Below, one piece after another: positions 48,810 through 58,527 of a stretch of DNA of 64,000 nt. Positions within the stretch are counted from its first letter, which is position 1. Each line of letters starts with the position of its first letter. Where the stretch lies: IMG/VR virus record IMGVR_UViG_3300022602_000084, positions 3,133 to 67,132 of that record; one strand, given 5' to 3'. The DNA is from a virus. Below the pieces are notes generated by a model, which was not told the DNA's origin, ran no database searches, and saw only the letters and a program-made list of their open reading frames with translations. The position numbers and the translations under genes are program-made.

Positions 48810-49727
48810 ATGAGCAAAGATTTAGAAACGGCGATTATACGTAATCCCTATCAAAAAATGAGTATGACCGAGGAGCAGATTCTCGAGTTTGCTCGATGTG
48901 CTGACCCAGTCACTGGTCCCGAATACTTCATGACCAATTACTTTTATATTCAGCACCCTACTAGAGGTAGCATACAATATAAACCTTACGAATACCAAAT
49001 TCGCCTAATCGATGCTTACCATAACAATAGATTCTCAATAAGTCTAATGCCTAGACAAACAGGTAAGACCATCAGTGCCGCAGGATACTTGTTGTGGTTT
49101 GCGATGTTTGTTCCGGATAGTACCATTCTTGTTGCGGCACACAAGTATTTGGGTGCACAGGAGATCATGCAACGTATACGCTACAGTTATGAAAACTGTC
49201 CAGACTTTATACGTGCCGGTGTTACCAGTTATAACAAAGGGTCACTGGACTTTGAAAATGGTAGTCGCATTGTAAGTCAAACAACAACAGAAAACACCGG
49301 TCGTGGTATGTCCATATCGCTCTTGTACTGTGACGAGTTTGCGTTTGTGAGGCCCACTATTGCAAGTGAGTTTTGGACTTCAATTACTCCTACATTGTCA
49401 ACTGGTGGTAAATGTATTATTACAAGTACCCCCAACTCGGATGAAGATCAGTTTGCACAGATATGGCGTGCCGCTAACGAATGTTTTGACGAGTATGGTA
49501 ACACTACCGTACTAGGTAAAAACGGATTTCGGGCCTTCTCTAGCAAGTGGCAAGAAACTCCCGGCCGTGACGAAGCATGGGCCAATCAAATGCGTAGCCA
49601 ACTTGGTGAAGAACGCTTCCGTCGTGAAATGGAATGCATTACGCAAGATTCAATTTTAACTCTACGCGATAACTCGGGTAAAATTTTTACTGCAACCATT
49701 GGTGATCTTGAACAATTATTACGTTAA
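48810..49727 (+). CDS. terL: Terminase large subunit N-terminal (ATPase) part fused to a 30-aa split-intein N fragment
   Basis: Walker A PRQTGKT, Walker B LLYCDE, TSTPN; ends RREME|CITQDSILTL...LLR*. Confidence 0.92.
   Translation: MSKDLETAIIRNPYQKMSMTEEQILEFARCADPVTGPEYFMTNYFYIQHPTRGSIQYKPYEYQIRLIDAYHNNRFSISLMPRQTGKTISAAGYLLWFAMFVPDSTILVAAHKYLGAQEIMQRIRYSYENCPDFIRAGVTSYNKGSLDFENGSRIVSQTTTENTGRGMSISLLYCDEFAFVRPTIASEFWTSITPTLSTGGKCIITSTPNSDEDQFAQIWRAANECFDEYGNTTVLGKNGFRAFSSKWQETPGRDEAWANQMRSQLGEERFRREMECITQDSILTLRDNSGKIFTATIGDLEQLLR
49635..49724 (+). mobile_element. Split intein N fragment (IntN, 30 aa)
   Basis: Begins with Cys; block A-like CITQDSILTL; followed by a stop codon. Confidence 0.85.
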
Positions 49728-49756
49728 GTTCATCATTTACGATACTAAATAATAAT

Positions 49757-50296
49757 ATGAAAACACATAAACATCATATTATTCCTAGGCATGCAGGCGG
49801 CACAGATGATCCTTCTAATGTTATAGAATTAACTGTAGCGGAACATGCAGAAGCACATAAAAAATTGTATGAACAATATGGAAGAGTACAAGATAAAGTT
49901 GCTTGGATGGGGCTAGCAAATTTAGCACCACACTCAGACTTAATGTATGAATTAAATTCTAATAGGATGAAGGGCGAACTAAATCCAATGTACGGAAAGC
50001 CGGCCCCTAATCGTGGAATAAAACGTCCTGGGGTTGGTGGCAGAAAGAAAGGGACAACGTGGTCTGAGGAAGAACGCAAATCAAAAATGGAAATGCATAA
50101 ATCTAAAGAGCATAAAGAAAAAATGAGTAAAGTTTACACTGATACGACTCGCAATGAAAAAATAGCAAAAGGACGAAAAGGGAAACTTGGTGCCGCAAAT
50201 GGTAAAGTTTGGTTTAATAACGGCATAGAAGAAAAATATTATATATTAGGCCAACAACCTGAAGGATACGTTCGTGGAAGAATTAATAAAAAATAA
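49757..50296 (+). CDS. HNH homing endonuclease between the two terL / intein halves
   Basis: HKHHIIPRHAGGTDDPSNVIELTVAEHAEAH; NPMYGK and WFNNG modules. Confidence 0.9.
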   Translation: MKTHKHHIIPRHAGGTDDPSNVIELTVAEHAEAHKKLYEQYGRVQDKVAWMGLANLAPHSDLMYELNSNRMKGELNPMYGKPAPNRGIKRPGVGGRKKGTTWSEEERKSKMEMHKSKEHKEKMSKVYTDTTRNEKIAKGRKGKLGAANGKVWFNNGIEEKYYILGQQPEGYVRGRINKK

Positions 50297-50606
50297 ATTA
50301 GGCTTACAAGTATTAACAGATACCGGATGGAGCGACTTTGATGGAGTACTCAACAAAGGCCAACGACAAGTAGCATTGGTGCAATTAGAGAAGGCATCTA
50401 TTAGAGCAACACTTGATCATAAAATATTTACAGATAAATTTGTTGCCCTAATGGTTAAACAATTGAAACCTGGAGTTAAAATACACACTACATTAGGTAT
50501 ACAAAAAGTTGTCTCGGTTACTAGTTTTGAAGTAGAAACAGTATATGATTTATTAAACGTAAAAAATAATCATAGATTTTATGCAAATGGCATTTTATGT
50601 TCAAAC
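50274..50606 (+). mobile_element. Split intein C fragment (IntC)
   Basis: TxxH motif, terminal Asn, +1 Cys. Confidence 0.88.
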
Positions 50607-51341
50607 TGTGAATTCATTATTTTCGATGAGACATTGATTAATTCATTGCATTTGGTCAACATGGCCGGTGTAGAACCCATAGAACGTCAGGGACAGATAC
50701 GTTGGTATAAAAAGCCCGAAAAAGGATGTACATACATTGTGGGCCTAGATCCCAGTCTGGGCACTGGTGGTGACCCGGCTGCTATACAGGTATTCGAAGT
50801 TCCCGGACTCAAACAAGTGGCCGAATGGAGTCATAACAAAACTATTGTACAACGACAAGTTGTTATCATGCAGGAAGTCTGCAAATATCTGGCCGAAGTT
50901 GCCGGAGCCGAAAGTGTATTTTGGAGCGTGGAAAATAACACCTTGGGCGAAGCGGCCTTGGTGGTTATTGCACAAATGGGCGAAGAAAACATTCCGGGTA
51001 TATTTTTAAGTGAACCCAAACGAGTTGCGGGCACACGTTGGCGTAAAGGATTTACCACTTCAAACAAGAGCAAACTTGCGGCTTGTGCCAAGTTGAAAAG
51101 TCTAATTGAAACCAATCGAATGCGAATTGCCAGTAAAATGCTGGTATCAGAACTAAAAAACTTTGTGGCCAAAGGGCACAGTTACGAAGCCAAATTGGGA
51201 CAACACGACGACTTGGTAATGGCAACACTATTGATAATAAGAATGTTGCAATACATACAAGACTTTGACGCATCCACCGATGCCGAACTACGAGATACTG
51301 TGGACAATTTTATCGAGCCAATGCCGTTTATAATGTCCTAG
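50274..51341 (+). CDS. terL: Split-intein C fragment (111 aa) fused to terminase large subunit C-terminal nuclease domain
   Basis: Block B ATLDH, block F/G VYDLLNV...FYANGILCSN|CEF; RNase H-like motifs GLDPS, VENN, HDDLVMA; AAGGA RBS before GTG. Confidence 0.92.
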   Translation: MEELIKNKLGLQVLTDTGWSDFDGVLNKGQRQVALVQLEKASIRATLDHKIFTDKFVALMVKQLKPGVKIHTTLGIQKVVSVTSFEVETVYDLLNVKNNHRFYANGILCSNCEFIIFDETLINSLHLVNMAGVEPIERQGQIRWYKKPEKGCTYIVGLDPSLGTGGDPAAIQVFEVPGLKQVAEWSHNKTIVQRQVVIMQEVCKYLAEVAGAESVFWSVENNTLGEAALVVIAQMGEENIPGIFLSEPKRVAGTRWRKGFTTSNKSKLAACAKLKSLIETNRMRIASKMLVSELKNFVAKGHSYEAKLGQHDDLVMATLLIIRMLQYIQDFDASTDAELRDTVDNFIEPMPFIMS

Positions 51342-51342
51342 T

Positions 51343-51906
51343 ATGCAAATAACCAATATCACTGATAGACTTTTTCGACTCGAAAATATAGTTCCTGAGT
51401 CAGTAGTGACACAACTACTTGAACTAGATTGGTTATCGATGCCGTGGCGTCGCGGCCATGCACAACAACACTGGTTGAGACGCAGTTTGGATTTTGGCAA
51501 TTGTGCCGTACTAGAGCAAGTACACAATTGTATCTGGCAAGCGATTCCGCAGATTGAATCGCAGTGTGCCATTGAATTTGAGTCACGATTTCCGGCGACC
51601 CAGTGGTGGTTAGACGAGCCGGGATTCAAGGTCGATTTACACACCGACGGGCATTTGAACGGCAGCATACAGTTATTTTGGCTAGCCCCCGGGCCCGAAT
51701 TTGGCACAACTTTCTACAACAGCAAACGTGAACATGACTTATTATATCAATTCCCTTTTGTGGCCAATACCGGATACATGATGTTAAACGGGCCCGACCC
51801 CGATGGAAGTCAGCCGTTGCAGTGGCATGCCATGTTGCGTACTGTGCCAGACAACACATACCGTGTCACAAGTTATACACATTTTACCAATTATTTGACT
51901 AAATAA
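51343..51906 (+). CDS. 2OG-Fe(II) oxygenase
   Basis: HTD...WH...R facial-triad pattern. Confidence 0.75.
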   Translation: MQITNITDRLFRLENIVPESVVTQLLELDWLSMPWRRGHAQQHWLRRSLDFGNCAVLEQVHNCIWQAIPQIESQCAIEFESRFPATQWWLDEPGFKVDLHTDGHLNGSIQLFWLAPGPEFGTTFYNSKREHDLLYQFPFVANTGYMMLNGPDPDGSQPLQWHAMLRTVPDNTYRVTSYTHFTNYLTK

Positions 51907-51910
51907 CTTT

Positions 51911-53422
51911 ATGAGTACAGAAATTGAACCCGTTGCCGAAGAACTATACGATAAACTTCGTTCCCGTTTTGAAGTTAGAATGCTGGATAAATCTAACAAG
52001 CCCATGAACGGCAATGAAGAAATCAAGCCCGAAGATGCAAAATACTTCAACTTTGTCTACACCGACAGTCAAGGACATAAATTTGGTGCAGTCACCATCA
52101 GCTTGGCCAACGAAGCAGAATTTGTGTTGATGATTCCCAAGGATATAACTAGTCGTATGAACGATGCTCAACGACGAGAATGGGCCGAATTTTTGCGTAG
52201 CATGAGCAAGTTTGCCAAACGCCGACCAAATTTAAAATACACAATTACTAATCTAGCCAAATCGGGACACGTAAAAAATCAAGGCACCGAAGATGAAATT
52301 GCACACAGTGGCGATGTTACAGTTAACGAAAGTAAATTTTACGGTGTACCTGGTCGTCCAAGACACAGTGTAGGCGAGCATGCCGGTATCAAAATTCGAG
52401 TAACACATACCGATCCTGTTCTAGATGAAGTGCGTGGAGCGAGATCTAGACGCATAGAGTCAATTTATTTAGAAACGCCCGAAGGCGAGCGTTTCAAAGT
52501 GCCAAACAACATACATGCTGCTAAAGCACACGCAACACATTTGGCCAACTACGGCAATCCCTATGACGAAATAGGCGAATGTATCAACAACATGGTTGAG
52601 GAAATGAACGCCATGCGTCGTTTTGTACGTTCGGCAAAACGTAGACCGTTTGAGGATGTAGAAGCCGGCGAAATGGCACAACATGCCACAGACAGATACT
52701 ACAAGATACAACACGATCTCAAACGCATGACCAATCACGAGTTTTATGATGACTTTGTAAAAAATTACACTCCCGAAGAGCAGTTGGATGACGATGTTGA
52801 TCTCGAGGAGTTACGCAATAGATTTAGTCGACGAGTCTACGACGAACGACTAGATGACAGTTTAAAGTATGTGTACCGTGAACACTTAAGACAAAAAGCA
52901 CGCAAGTCAAATGTACTAGCCGACGAGTTTGGCGAGTGGGCCGAAAGTGTTGTATTTGAAGACGATGGCGAGAATGATGTACTTGATGACCAATTACGGG
53001 CATTACAAGAGTATTGCAAATCGGCTCAAACTGCCGGAGTTGACGGCATAGATGCCAAAACCGAACTCGAGCCCATGTTACAAGACTTACCGGGAGTGGA
53101 TTGGTTATTGGCTGACCTAACCGAAAAAGCCAACAACACTCGCGGACAGGGCAGTGACTATGATGCTAGACGTTCGGTTAAAGAATGGGCAGTCAAATAC
53201 ATGCCCGAATGGGCCAAAGAATTGGATTTTGGCGATCACGACATTGACGACGGAACTACCAATTGGCGACAACAAACCAGTCCCGATAGATCACACCCCA
53301 ATGACGAATACGGTGCTGCCAATGCCAGCATCGATGAACCAATAGAATTCCCAACAACTGCACGAGAAGATGCCGACCCCTTGGACTTTATTCGTTATCT
53401 ATCTGGGATTAAATCTAAATAA
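51911..53422 (+). CDS. Hypothetical late protein with acidic C-terminus
   Basis: 503-aa ORF after TAAATA; ends FIRYLSGIK. Confidence 0.8.
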   Translation: MSTEIEPVAEELYDKLRSRFEVRMLDKSNKPMNGNEEIKPEDAKYFNFVYTDSQGHKFGAVTISLANEAEFVLMIPKDITSRMNDAQRREWAEFLRSMSKFAKRRPNLKYTITNLAKSGHVKNQGTEDEIAHSGDVTVNESKFYGVPGRPRHSVGEHAGIKIRVTHTDPVLDEVRGARSRRIESIYLETPEGERFKVPNNIHAAKAHATHLANYGNPYDEIGECINNMVEEMNAMRRFVRSAKRRPFEDVEAGEMAQHATDRYYKIQHDLKRMTNHEFYDDFVKNYTPEEQLDDDVDLEELRNRFSRRVYDERLDDSLKYVYREHLRQKARKSNVLADEFGEWAESVVFEDDGENDVLDDQLRALQEYCKSAQTAGVDGIDAKTELEPMLQDLPGVDWLLADLTEKANNTRGQGSDYDARRSVKEWAVKYMPEWAKELDFGDHDIDDGTTNWRQQTSPDRSHPNDEYGAANASIDEPIEFPTTAREDADPLDFIRYLSGIKSK

Positions 53423-53425
53423 AAC

Positions 53426-53450
53426 AAAAGGAGAACTAGTTCTCCTTTTT
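53426..53450. terminator. Bidirectional intrinsic terminator
   Basis: AAAAGGAGAA-CTAG-TTCTCCTTTTT between convergent genes. Confidence 0.85.
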
Positions 53451-53456
53451 CTTTGG

Positions 53457-54230
53457 CTACTTTAGCCTAGCCCGAAATGCAATTTTGACACTGGGGATTT
53501 CTATAGGACCATTGGCCGGAAGTGTACTGTGCAAGCATCTTCCGTCGTATATTATCAGTCGTCCGGGAACGGGGCTGACCACTTTTCCTTGATCTAGCCA
53601 TCCTATATTGTATCCACGTGTTTGCCCAATACCGGTATTGAACTGTTGTTTGTCTCCAGTAACGCCTTCGTCGTCGTTGGGATAAAATTTGATTTCGGCT
53701 CCCCAAGATGGATACCATGTGGGATTGACCACGTACAACATAGTGACTGTATTGTCTTCGTTGTTTTCCAACGGAGTATCTCTATGAGCATACCCCAATC
53801 CTCCAGTGGCCTGTAGGTTATACACAAGATTGATATAAGCTCGCCAACCGGCACTGAGATTGGGATCCTCGGGCACGGGAGGATTATGCGGACAATAAAT
53901 TCCTTCGGGATTTCCGGTCAACTCGTATTTGTTGCCCAGTTGTTTGTTCAACTGCATCCATAACAGATATATAGGCATGGATGCAATTTTTAATCCGGGT
54001 TCGTCACTGGACAACGGGGATCGATGCATTTTCATTTTGCGAGGAATTGATTTGTACAACATCCAATCGGCGGGGTTTTTGACACTGGAAAGACTGTAGT
54101 TGATTTGAACAGGATCTTCCTTGTCCCATCCGCCGTGAAATTGCAATTCTTGTATGTGTTTCCAAATATTGTCTCTAACAGTTTTAGAAATCAAATTGTC
54201 GTGCGTTTCGATGTTGTAGGGTATATTCAT
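53457..54230 (-). CDS. 2OG-Fe(II) oxygenase (prolyl-hydroxylase-like)
   Basis: AHRD, WGAEIKF, PVPGRLIIYDGRCLHS motifs. Confidence 0.82.
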   Translation of the reverse strand: MNIPYNIETHDNLISKTVRDNIWKHIQELQFHGGWDKEDPVQINYSLSSVKNPADWMLYKSIPRKMKMHRSPLSSDEPGLKIASMPIYLLWMQLNKQLGNKYELTGNPEGIYCPHNPPVPEDPNLSAGWRAYINLVYNLQATGGLGYAHRDTPLENNEDNTVTMLYVVNPTWYPSWGAEIKFYPNDDEGVTGDKQQFNTGIGQTRGYNIGWLDQGKVVSPVPGRLIIYDGRCLHSTLPANGPIEIPSVKIAFRARLK

Positions 54231-54297
54231 GGTGTTTTATATAAGTCAATGTATTTAAGAGTTGGATCAATTGGCTAAATTAAATTAACCTTTTGCC

Positions 54298-54326
54298 TTG
54301 ACTAGGCATAAATAATATTATACAAT
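54298..54326 (+). promoter_or_regulatory. Sigma70 promoter with late TAAATA core in its spacer
   Basis: TTGACT-aggcaTAAATAatatta-TACAAT (17-nt spacer). Confidence 0.8.
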
Positions 54327-54383
54327 GCGGGAGTGCATTGTATATTAAGGCACAACATTAAGGCATACATTAAGGAGACTATT

Positions 54384-55391
54384 ATGGCCATGACACTAGC
54401 AGAAATTAGAGCAAAGCTACAAGCAAACGAAAACCGCGGACAAGGCGGTAAACAACAAGGCGACAACGCCATTTACGCACACTGGAACATTCCAGAAAAC
54501 ACAACGGCTCGCGTAAGATTCCTCCCCGACGCAAATACAAAAAATTCCTTCTTTTGGGTAGAACGTGCAATGATTCGTTTACCATTTGCTGGCATTAAAG
54601 GCCAAGCAGATAGTAAAATGGTTAATGTACAAGTACCTTGCATGGAAATGTGGGGCGAGGCATGTCCAATCTTGGCCGAAGTACGTCCCTGGTTTAAAGA
54701 TCCCAATTTAGAAGAAATGGGACGTAAATATTGGAAGAAGCGTAGTTACTTGTTCCAAGGCTTTGTAAGAGAAAACCCAATTGGAGATGACAAGACTCCA
54801 GAAAATCCAATCCGTAGATTTATCATCAGCCCACAGATCTTTAACTTGATCAAGAACGCCCTGATGGATCCCGACATGGAGAACTTGCCCACAGACTATA
54901 GTGCTGGACTTGACTTTAACATCAAGAAGACAAGTAAGGGTGGCTATGCAGACTACAACACATCAACATGGGCACGTAAAGAAACTGCTCTTAATGCTGA
55001 TGAAGCTGAAGCGATTGAAAAGTTTGGTTTGTATGACTTACAAGACTTTTTACCCAAGAAGCCAACAGACGTTGAATTGAAAGTGATCAAGGAAATGTTT
55101 GAAGCAAGTGTAGATGGACAACCTTACGATCCAGATCGTTGGGCCAACTACTACAAGCCAAGTGGCTTTAAAGGTGGTAGCGGTGTAGATGCAGATGCAT
55201 TACCCGAAGCCAAACCAGTCGCACAGGCCAAGCCAGCTCTTAGCGTAGTAGCACCCGCAGTCGAATCTGACGAGGAAGATGACGCACCAGTAGCAACTGC
55301 TCCGGTAGTAACACCTACAGAAGCTAAACCTAGTAGCCAAAAAGCCGAAGACATTTTGGCAATGATTAGAAGTCGTAAAACAACTTCGTAA
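54384..55391 (+). CDS. g32: Single-stranded DNA-binding protein (T4 gp32-like)
   Basis: VRFLPD, CPI, GGYADYNTSTW, EDILAMIRSR; TAAGGAG RBS places the start at 54384. Confidence 0.9.
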   Translation: MAMTLAEIRAKLQANENRGQGGKQQGDNAIYAHWNIPENTTARVRFLPDANTKNSFFWVERAMIRLPFAGIKGQADSKMVNVQVPCMEMWGEACPILAEVRPWFKDPNLEEMGRKYWKKRSYLFQGFVRENPIGDDKTPENPIRRFIISPQIFNLIKNALMDPDMENLPTDYSAGLDFNIKKTSKGGYADYNTSTWARKETALNADEAEAIEKFGLYDLQDFLPKKPTDVELKVIKEMFEASVDGQPYDPDRWANYYKPSGFKGGSGVDADALPEAKPVAQAKPALSVVAPAVESDEEDDAPVATAPVVTPTEAKPSSQKAEDILAMIRSRKTTS

Positions 55392-55392
55392 A

Positions 55393-56352
55393 ATGCCAAT
55401 AGTCACACCGGCCGGATACGATTCAATTCGTATCCCTGTGAAATCTACCCCGATTGTCATCCTTGACAATTTGGGGCAGTTTACTCTTGACAATCGAAAT
55501 CCACTATTTGATAGATTGAGTCAACATCTATTGGATAAACCAATTCCGGTGTATACCGAATACATATTTGATGATAGTGTAAAAAATCTTTATCCCAATT
55601 TGGATTTACGATTCAGTTTTGACGAGCATGTGAAATGTGCATATTTTGAATCGTTTCAAGAGTACGTCACCCCGGACCAATTGGCTTTTAAAAATTTTTT
55701 GTGTAGCTTCAATGGCGAATCGTCGCATGTGGGGCGTCGATTATTGGTTGCAATAATTAAAAAATTCAATTATTATCATCGGGACTACGTCAGTAAAAAT
55801 TTAACTTTCACTGTGGACGAACTAGACGGACATATCGTTGACATTTGCGGCGAACACGAACGGTTTTATAGAAAGTTTTTTATATCCAGCGACAGTGAAA
55901 CTTTTTTTCAAGAGACAAACAATTTTGATTATCAAAGACTGGATCATTTGCACAACGTCAGGGCACTGGGAACAAAAATAAATGAAAGTTTTATACATGT
56001 TGTAAGCGATGCAATCAGCACCAGTAACTATCCATTTTATGGCGAAAAATTTTTATACAGTGTTGTCAACAAGGGATTGTTTGTATCCAATGCACAAGTT
56101 AATTGGCATAGAAATTTAGAAAAATATTACGGGTTCAAACCTTACACAAAGTTGTTTGATTATCGATTTGATTCTATAGTGAATCCTATACGACGGCTGG
56201 TAGAATTAATGACAATGCTATCAAAATTTGGTCATTTGTCCATTGACGAATGGCACGATCTATATAGGATAGAACTTGATACAATAGAATTTAATTATGA
56301 CCATTACCGTAGTCGAAGATATTTAGAATGTTTAAAGCAATGGGCTAACTAA
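55393..56352 (+). CDS. Hypothetical protein, glycosyltransferase-like
   Basis: FLCSFN...RR, FYGEKF, YGFKPY...FDYRFDSI pattern. Confidence 0.55.
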   Translation: MPIVTPAGYDSIRIPVKSTPIVILDNLGQFTLDNRNPLFDRLSQHLLDKPIPVYTEYIFDDSVKNLYPNLDLRFSFDEHVKCAYFESFQEYVTPDQLAFKNFLCSFNGESSHVGRRLLVAIIKKFNYYHRDYVSKNLTFTVDELDGHIVDICGEHERFYRKFFISSDSETFFQETNNFDYQRLDHLHNVRALGTKINESFIHVVSDAISTSNYPFYGEKFLYSVVNKGLFVSNAQVNWHRNLEKYYGFKPYTKLFDYRFDSIVNPIRRLVELMTMLSKFGHLSIDEWHDLYRIELDTIEFNYDHYRSRRYLECLKQWAN

Positions 56353-56523
56353 CTGTATATTCAAATTAAACACATTTTTAAAATTGTATAATATGTTAAA
56401 TTTTGATGATTTTGATCGAGACCTAATCAAAAATTTTTACCAAGCATACATTGAGTTACACCTTTAAGGTAGACGAAACTCAAAAAAGACAGTACACTAC
56501 ATAAAATTTATAGGAAAAACATT

Positions 56524-57603
56524 ATGGCAACAAAACCATTTGACGTAAGCAAATTTAGAAAATCAATTACAAAAAGCATCGACGGAATCAGTGTAGGATT
56601 TAACGATCCCACAGACTGGATTAGTACCAATAACTATGCACTAAACTATCTAATTAGTGGACAGTTTAACAACGGAGTGCCCATGGGCAAGGTCACTGTA
56701 TTTGCCGGAGAATCAGGTGCAGGCAAGAGTTTTATCTGTTCAGGTAACTTGGTAGCAAATGCACAAAAACAAGGCATTTATGTTATCCTAATAGATACCG
56801 AAAATGCACTAGATGAAAAATGGCTACACGCATTAAATGTAGACACCAGCGAAGACAAACTGTTGAAGCTAAACATGGCCATGATTGATGACGTGGCCAA
56901 AATGATTTCAGAGTTTGTAAAAGAATACAAAACATTACCCGAACTAGAGCGTCCAAAAGTATTGTTCATTGTGGACAGTTTGGGTATGTTATTGACTCCT
57001 ACAGATGTTAACCAGTTTGAAGCTGGCGATATGAAAGGCGATATGGGCCGTAAACCCAAAGCATTGGCGGCATTGGTACGTAATTGTGTCAACATGTTTG
57101 GTAACTTGAACTTGGGGTTGGTGTGTACTGCACATACTTACGCCAGTCAGGACATGTTCGACCCCGATGACAAGATCTCGGGCGGACAGGGTTTTATCTA
57201 TGCAAGCTCAATTGTAGTTGCAATGCGTAAACTGAAATTAAAAGAAGACGAAGACGGCAACAAAGTTTCAGAAGTTAACGGCATCAGAGCTGCTTGTAAG
57301 ATCATGAAAACACGTTATGCTAAACCGTTTGAAAGTGTACAGGTAAAAATCCCATACGAAACTGGTATGAATCCCTACTCGGGACTAACCGACTTAATTG
57401 AAGGTAAAGATCTTTTAAAGAAAGAAGGCAACAGTTTAGTATATACTACTAGTGATGGAGAAATTATCAAGAAGTTCCGTAAAGCATGGGAAAGAAATGA
57501 TGATGGATGTTTGGATCGAGTAATGGCCGATGTTACAGCTAATCCACACAAACTTGATAAAACTACCATAATTGAACAACCAGAAGAGGAAGTTGCAGAA
57601 TGA
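56524..57603 (+). CDS. uvsX: RecA-like recombinase UvsX
   Basis: AGESGAGKS, IDTENA, VDSLG, SGGQG, YSGL. Confidence 0.95.
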   Translation: MATKPFDVSKFRKSITKSIDGISVGFNDPTDWISTNNYALNYLISGQFNNGVPMGKVTVFAGESGAGKSFICSGNLVANAQKQGIYVILIDTENALDEKWLHALNVDTSEDKLLKLNMAMIDDVAKMISEFVKEYKTLPELERPKVLFIVDSLGMLLTPTDVNQFEAGDMKGDMGRKPKALAALVRNCVNMFGNLNLGLVCTAHTYASQDMFDPDDKISGGQGFIYASSIVVAMRKLKLKEDEDGNKVSEVNGIRAACKIMKTRYAKPFESVQVKIPYETGMNPYSGLTDLIEGKDLLKKEGNSLVYTTSDGEIIKKFRKAWERNDDGCLDRVMADVTANPHKLDKTTIIEQPEEEVAE

Positions 57604-57824
57604 GTATTGAAGTAGATGTACTAGGCGAGACATATACTATTTTAAAACAGTATATTCCAGTCAAGGATCGCCAAGAGGCCGCAGACAATTTAATGAGTGT
57701 ACTGGTAGATATGTTAAACGACATTGACTTGCAAGAGTTTGGTGGCACTGACAGTAATCTAAAGAAGGCACTCAAAGAATATGTAATGGAAGAAGACGAC
57801 AACTACAACGACGAAGACGAATAA
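57600..57824 (+). CDS. Small acidic hypothetical protein
   Basis: Coupled between uvsX and uvsY; GAGG RBS. Confidence 0.75.
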   Translation: MSIEVDVLGETYTILKQYIPVKDRQEAADNLMSVLVDMLNDIDLQEFGGTDSNLKKALKEYVMEEDDNYNDEDE

Positions 57825-58276
57825 TGTGGTACAATCGGGTAGTTGCTGATCTTGGCCAAATCCCTGCCTTCATTGATTACTACGATCACGAGCTGATCGA
57901 GGCCAAAGGAGAGATCAAGATACAAGGCAATGTTGAACGAGCATTAAGTAATTTGCCAGGCGTAACCGAACACAGGTTCAATCAGCTACAAGAAATCGAA
58001 GCAGTGCTTGAATACTTGAACATACAGTTAAGAAAAATTCGACGCCGACATTTTCAAAAGTATTTGGAAGCATACGCTCGGGCATTGACCAGCAGAGATG
58101 CCGAAAAGTATGTGGATGGCGAAGACGAAGTGATTGACTTTGAAACCATTATCAACGAAGTGGCCTTGCTGAGAAACAAATGGCTGGGAGTCATGAAGGG
58201 CATAGAAAGTAAAAACTTTATGCTGGGTCACGTGGTTCGTTTGCGAACTGCCGGAATGGAGGATGTGGTAGTATGA
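57824..58276 (+). CDS. uvsY: Recombination mediator UvsY
   Basis: ALTSRDAEKYVDGE motif, helical, 150 aa, near uvsX. Confidence 0.8.
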   Translation: MWYNRVVADLGQIPAFIDYYDHELIEAKGEIKIQGNVERALSNLPGVTEHRFNQLQEIEAVLEYLNIQLRKIRRRHFQKYLEAYARALTSRDAEKYVDGEDEVIDFETIINEVALLRNKWLGVMKGIESKNFMLGHVVRLRTAGMEDVVV

Positions 58277-58527
58277 TGGATTGGCGGCAACGTGCAGAAG
58301 AATTGCTGGCCGAATACGATGCCTGTTGTCGTGCACGGCCCTATCACAATGCACTAGATGTTGAGATAGCCAAAGAAAGTTGTGCAACTTGGGCACAACA
58401 TTTGGCCACACAACGTGCCTGGGGCGAGCCAAACGACATAGCCGAAGCCTGCCATCAATTAGAGCCTAGACTTAAAAAATTTAAAGAAACAGTAGTATTG
58501 GATATATTGACAGATGGCACTATTTAA
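58273..58527 (+). CDS. Hypothetical protein
   Basis: Coupled ORF with GGAGG RBS. Confidence 0.7.
   Translation: MMDWRQRAEELLAEYDACCRARPYHNALDVEIAKESCATWAQHLATQRAWGEPNDIAEACHQLEPRLKKFKETVVLDILTDGTI

Noticed and set aside
49728-50273. Group I intron interrupting terL
   Set aside because: Only 29 noncoding nt flank the HNH gene, too few for an intron core. Intein motifs and a separate RBS explain the split.
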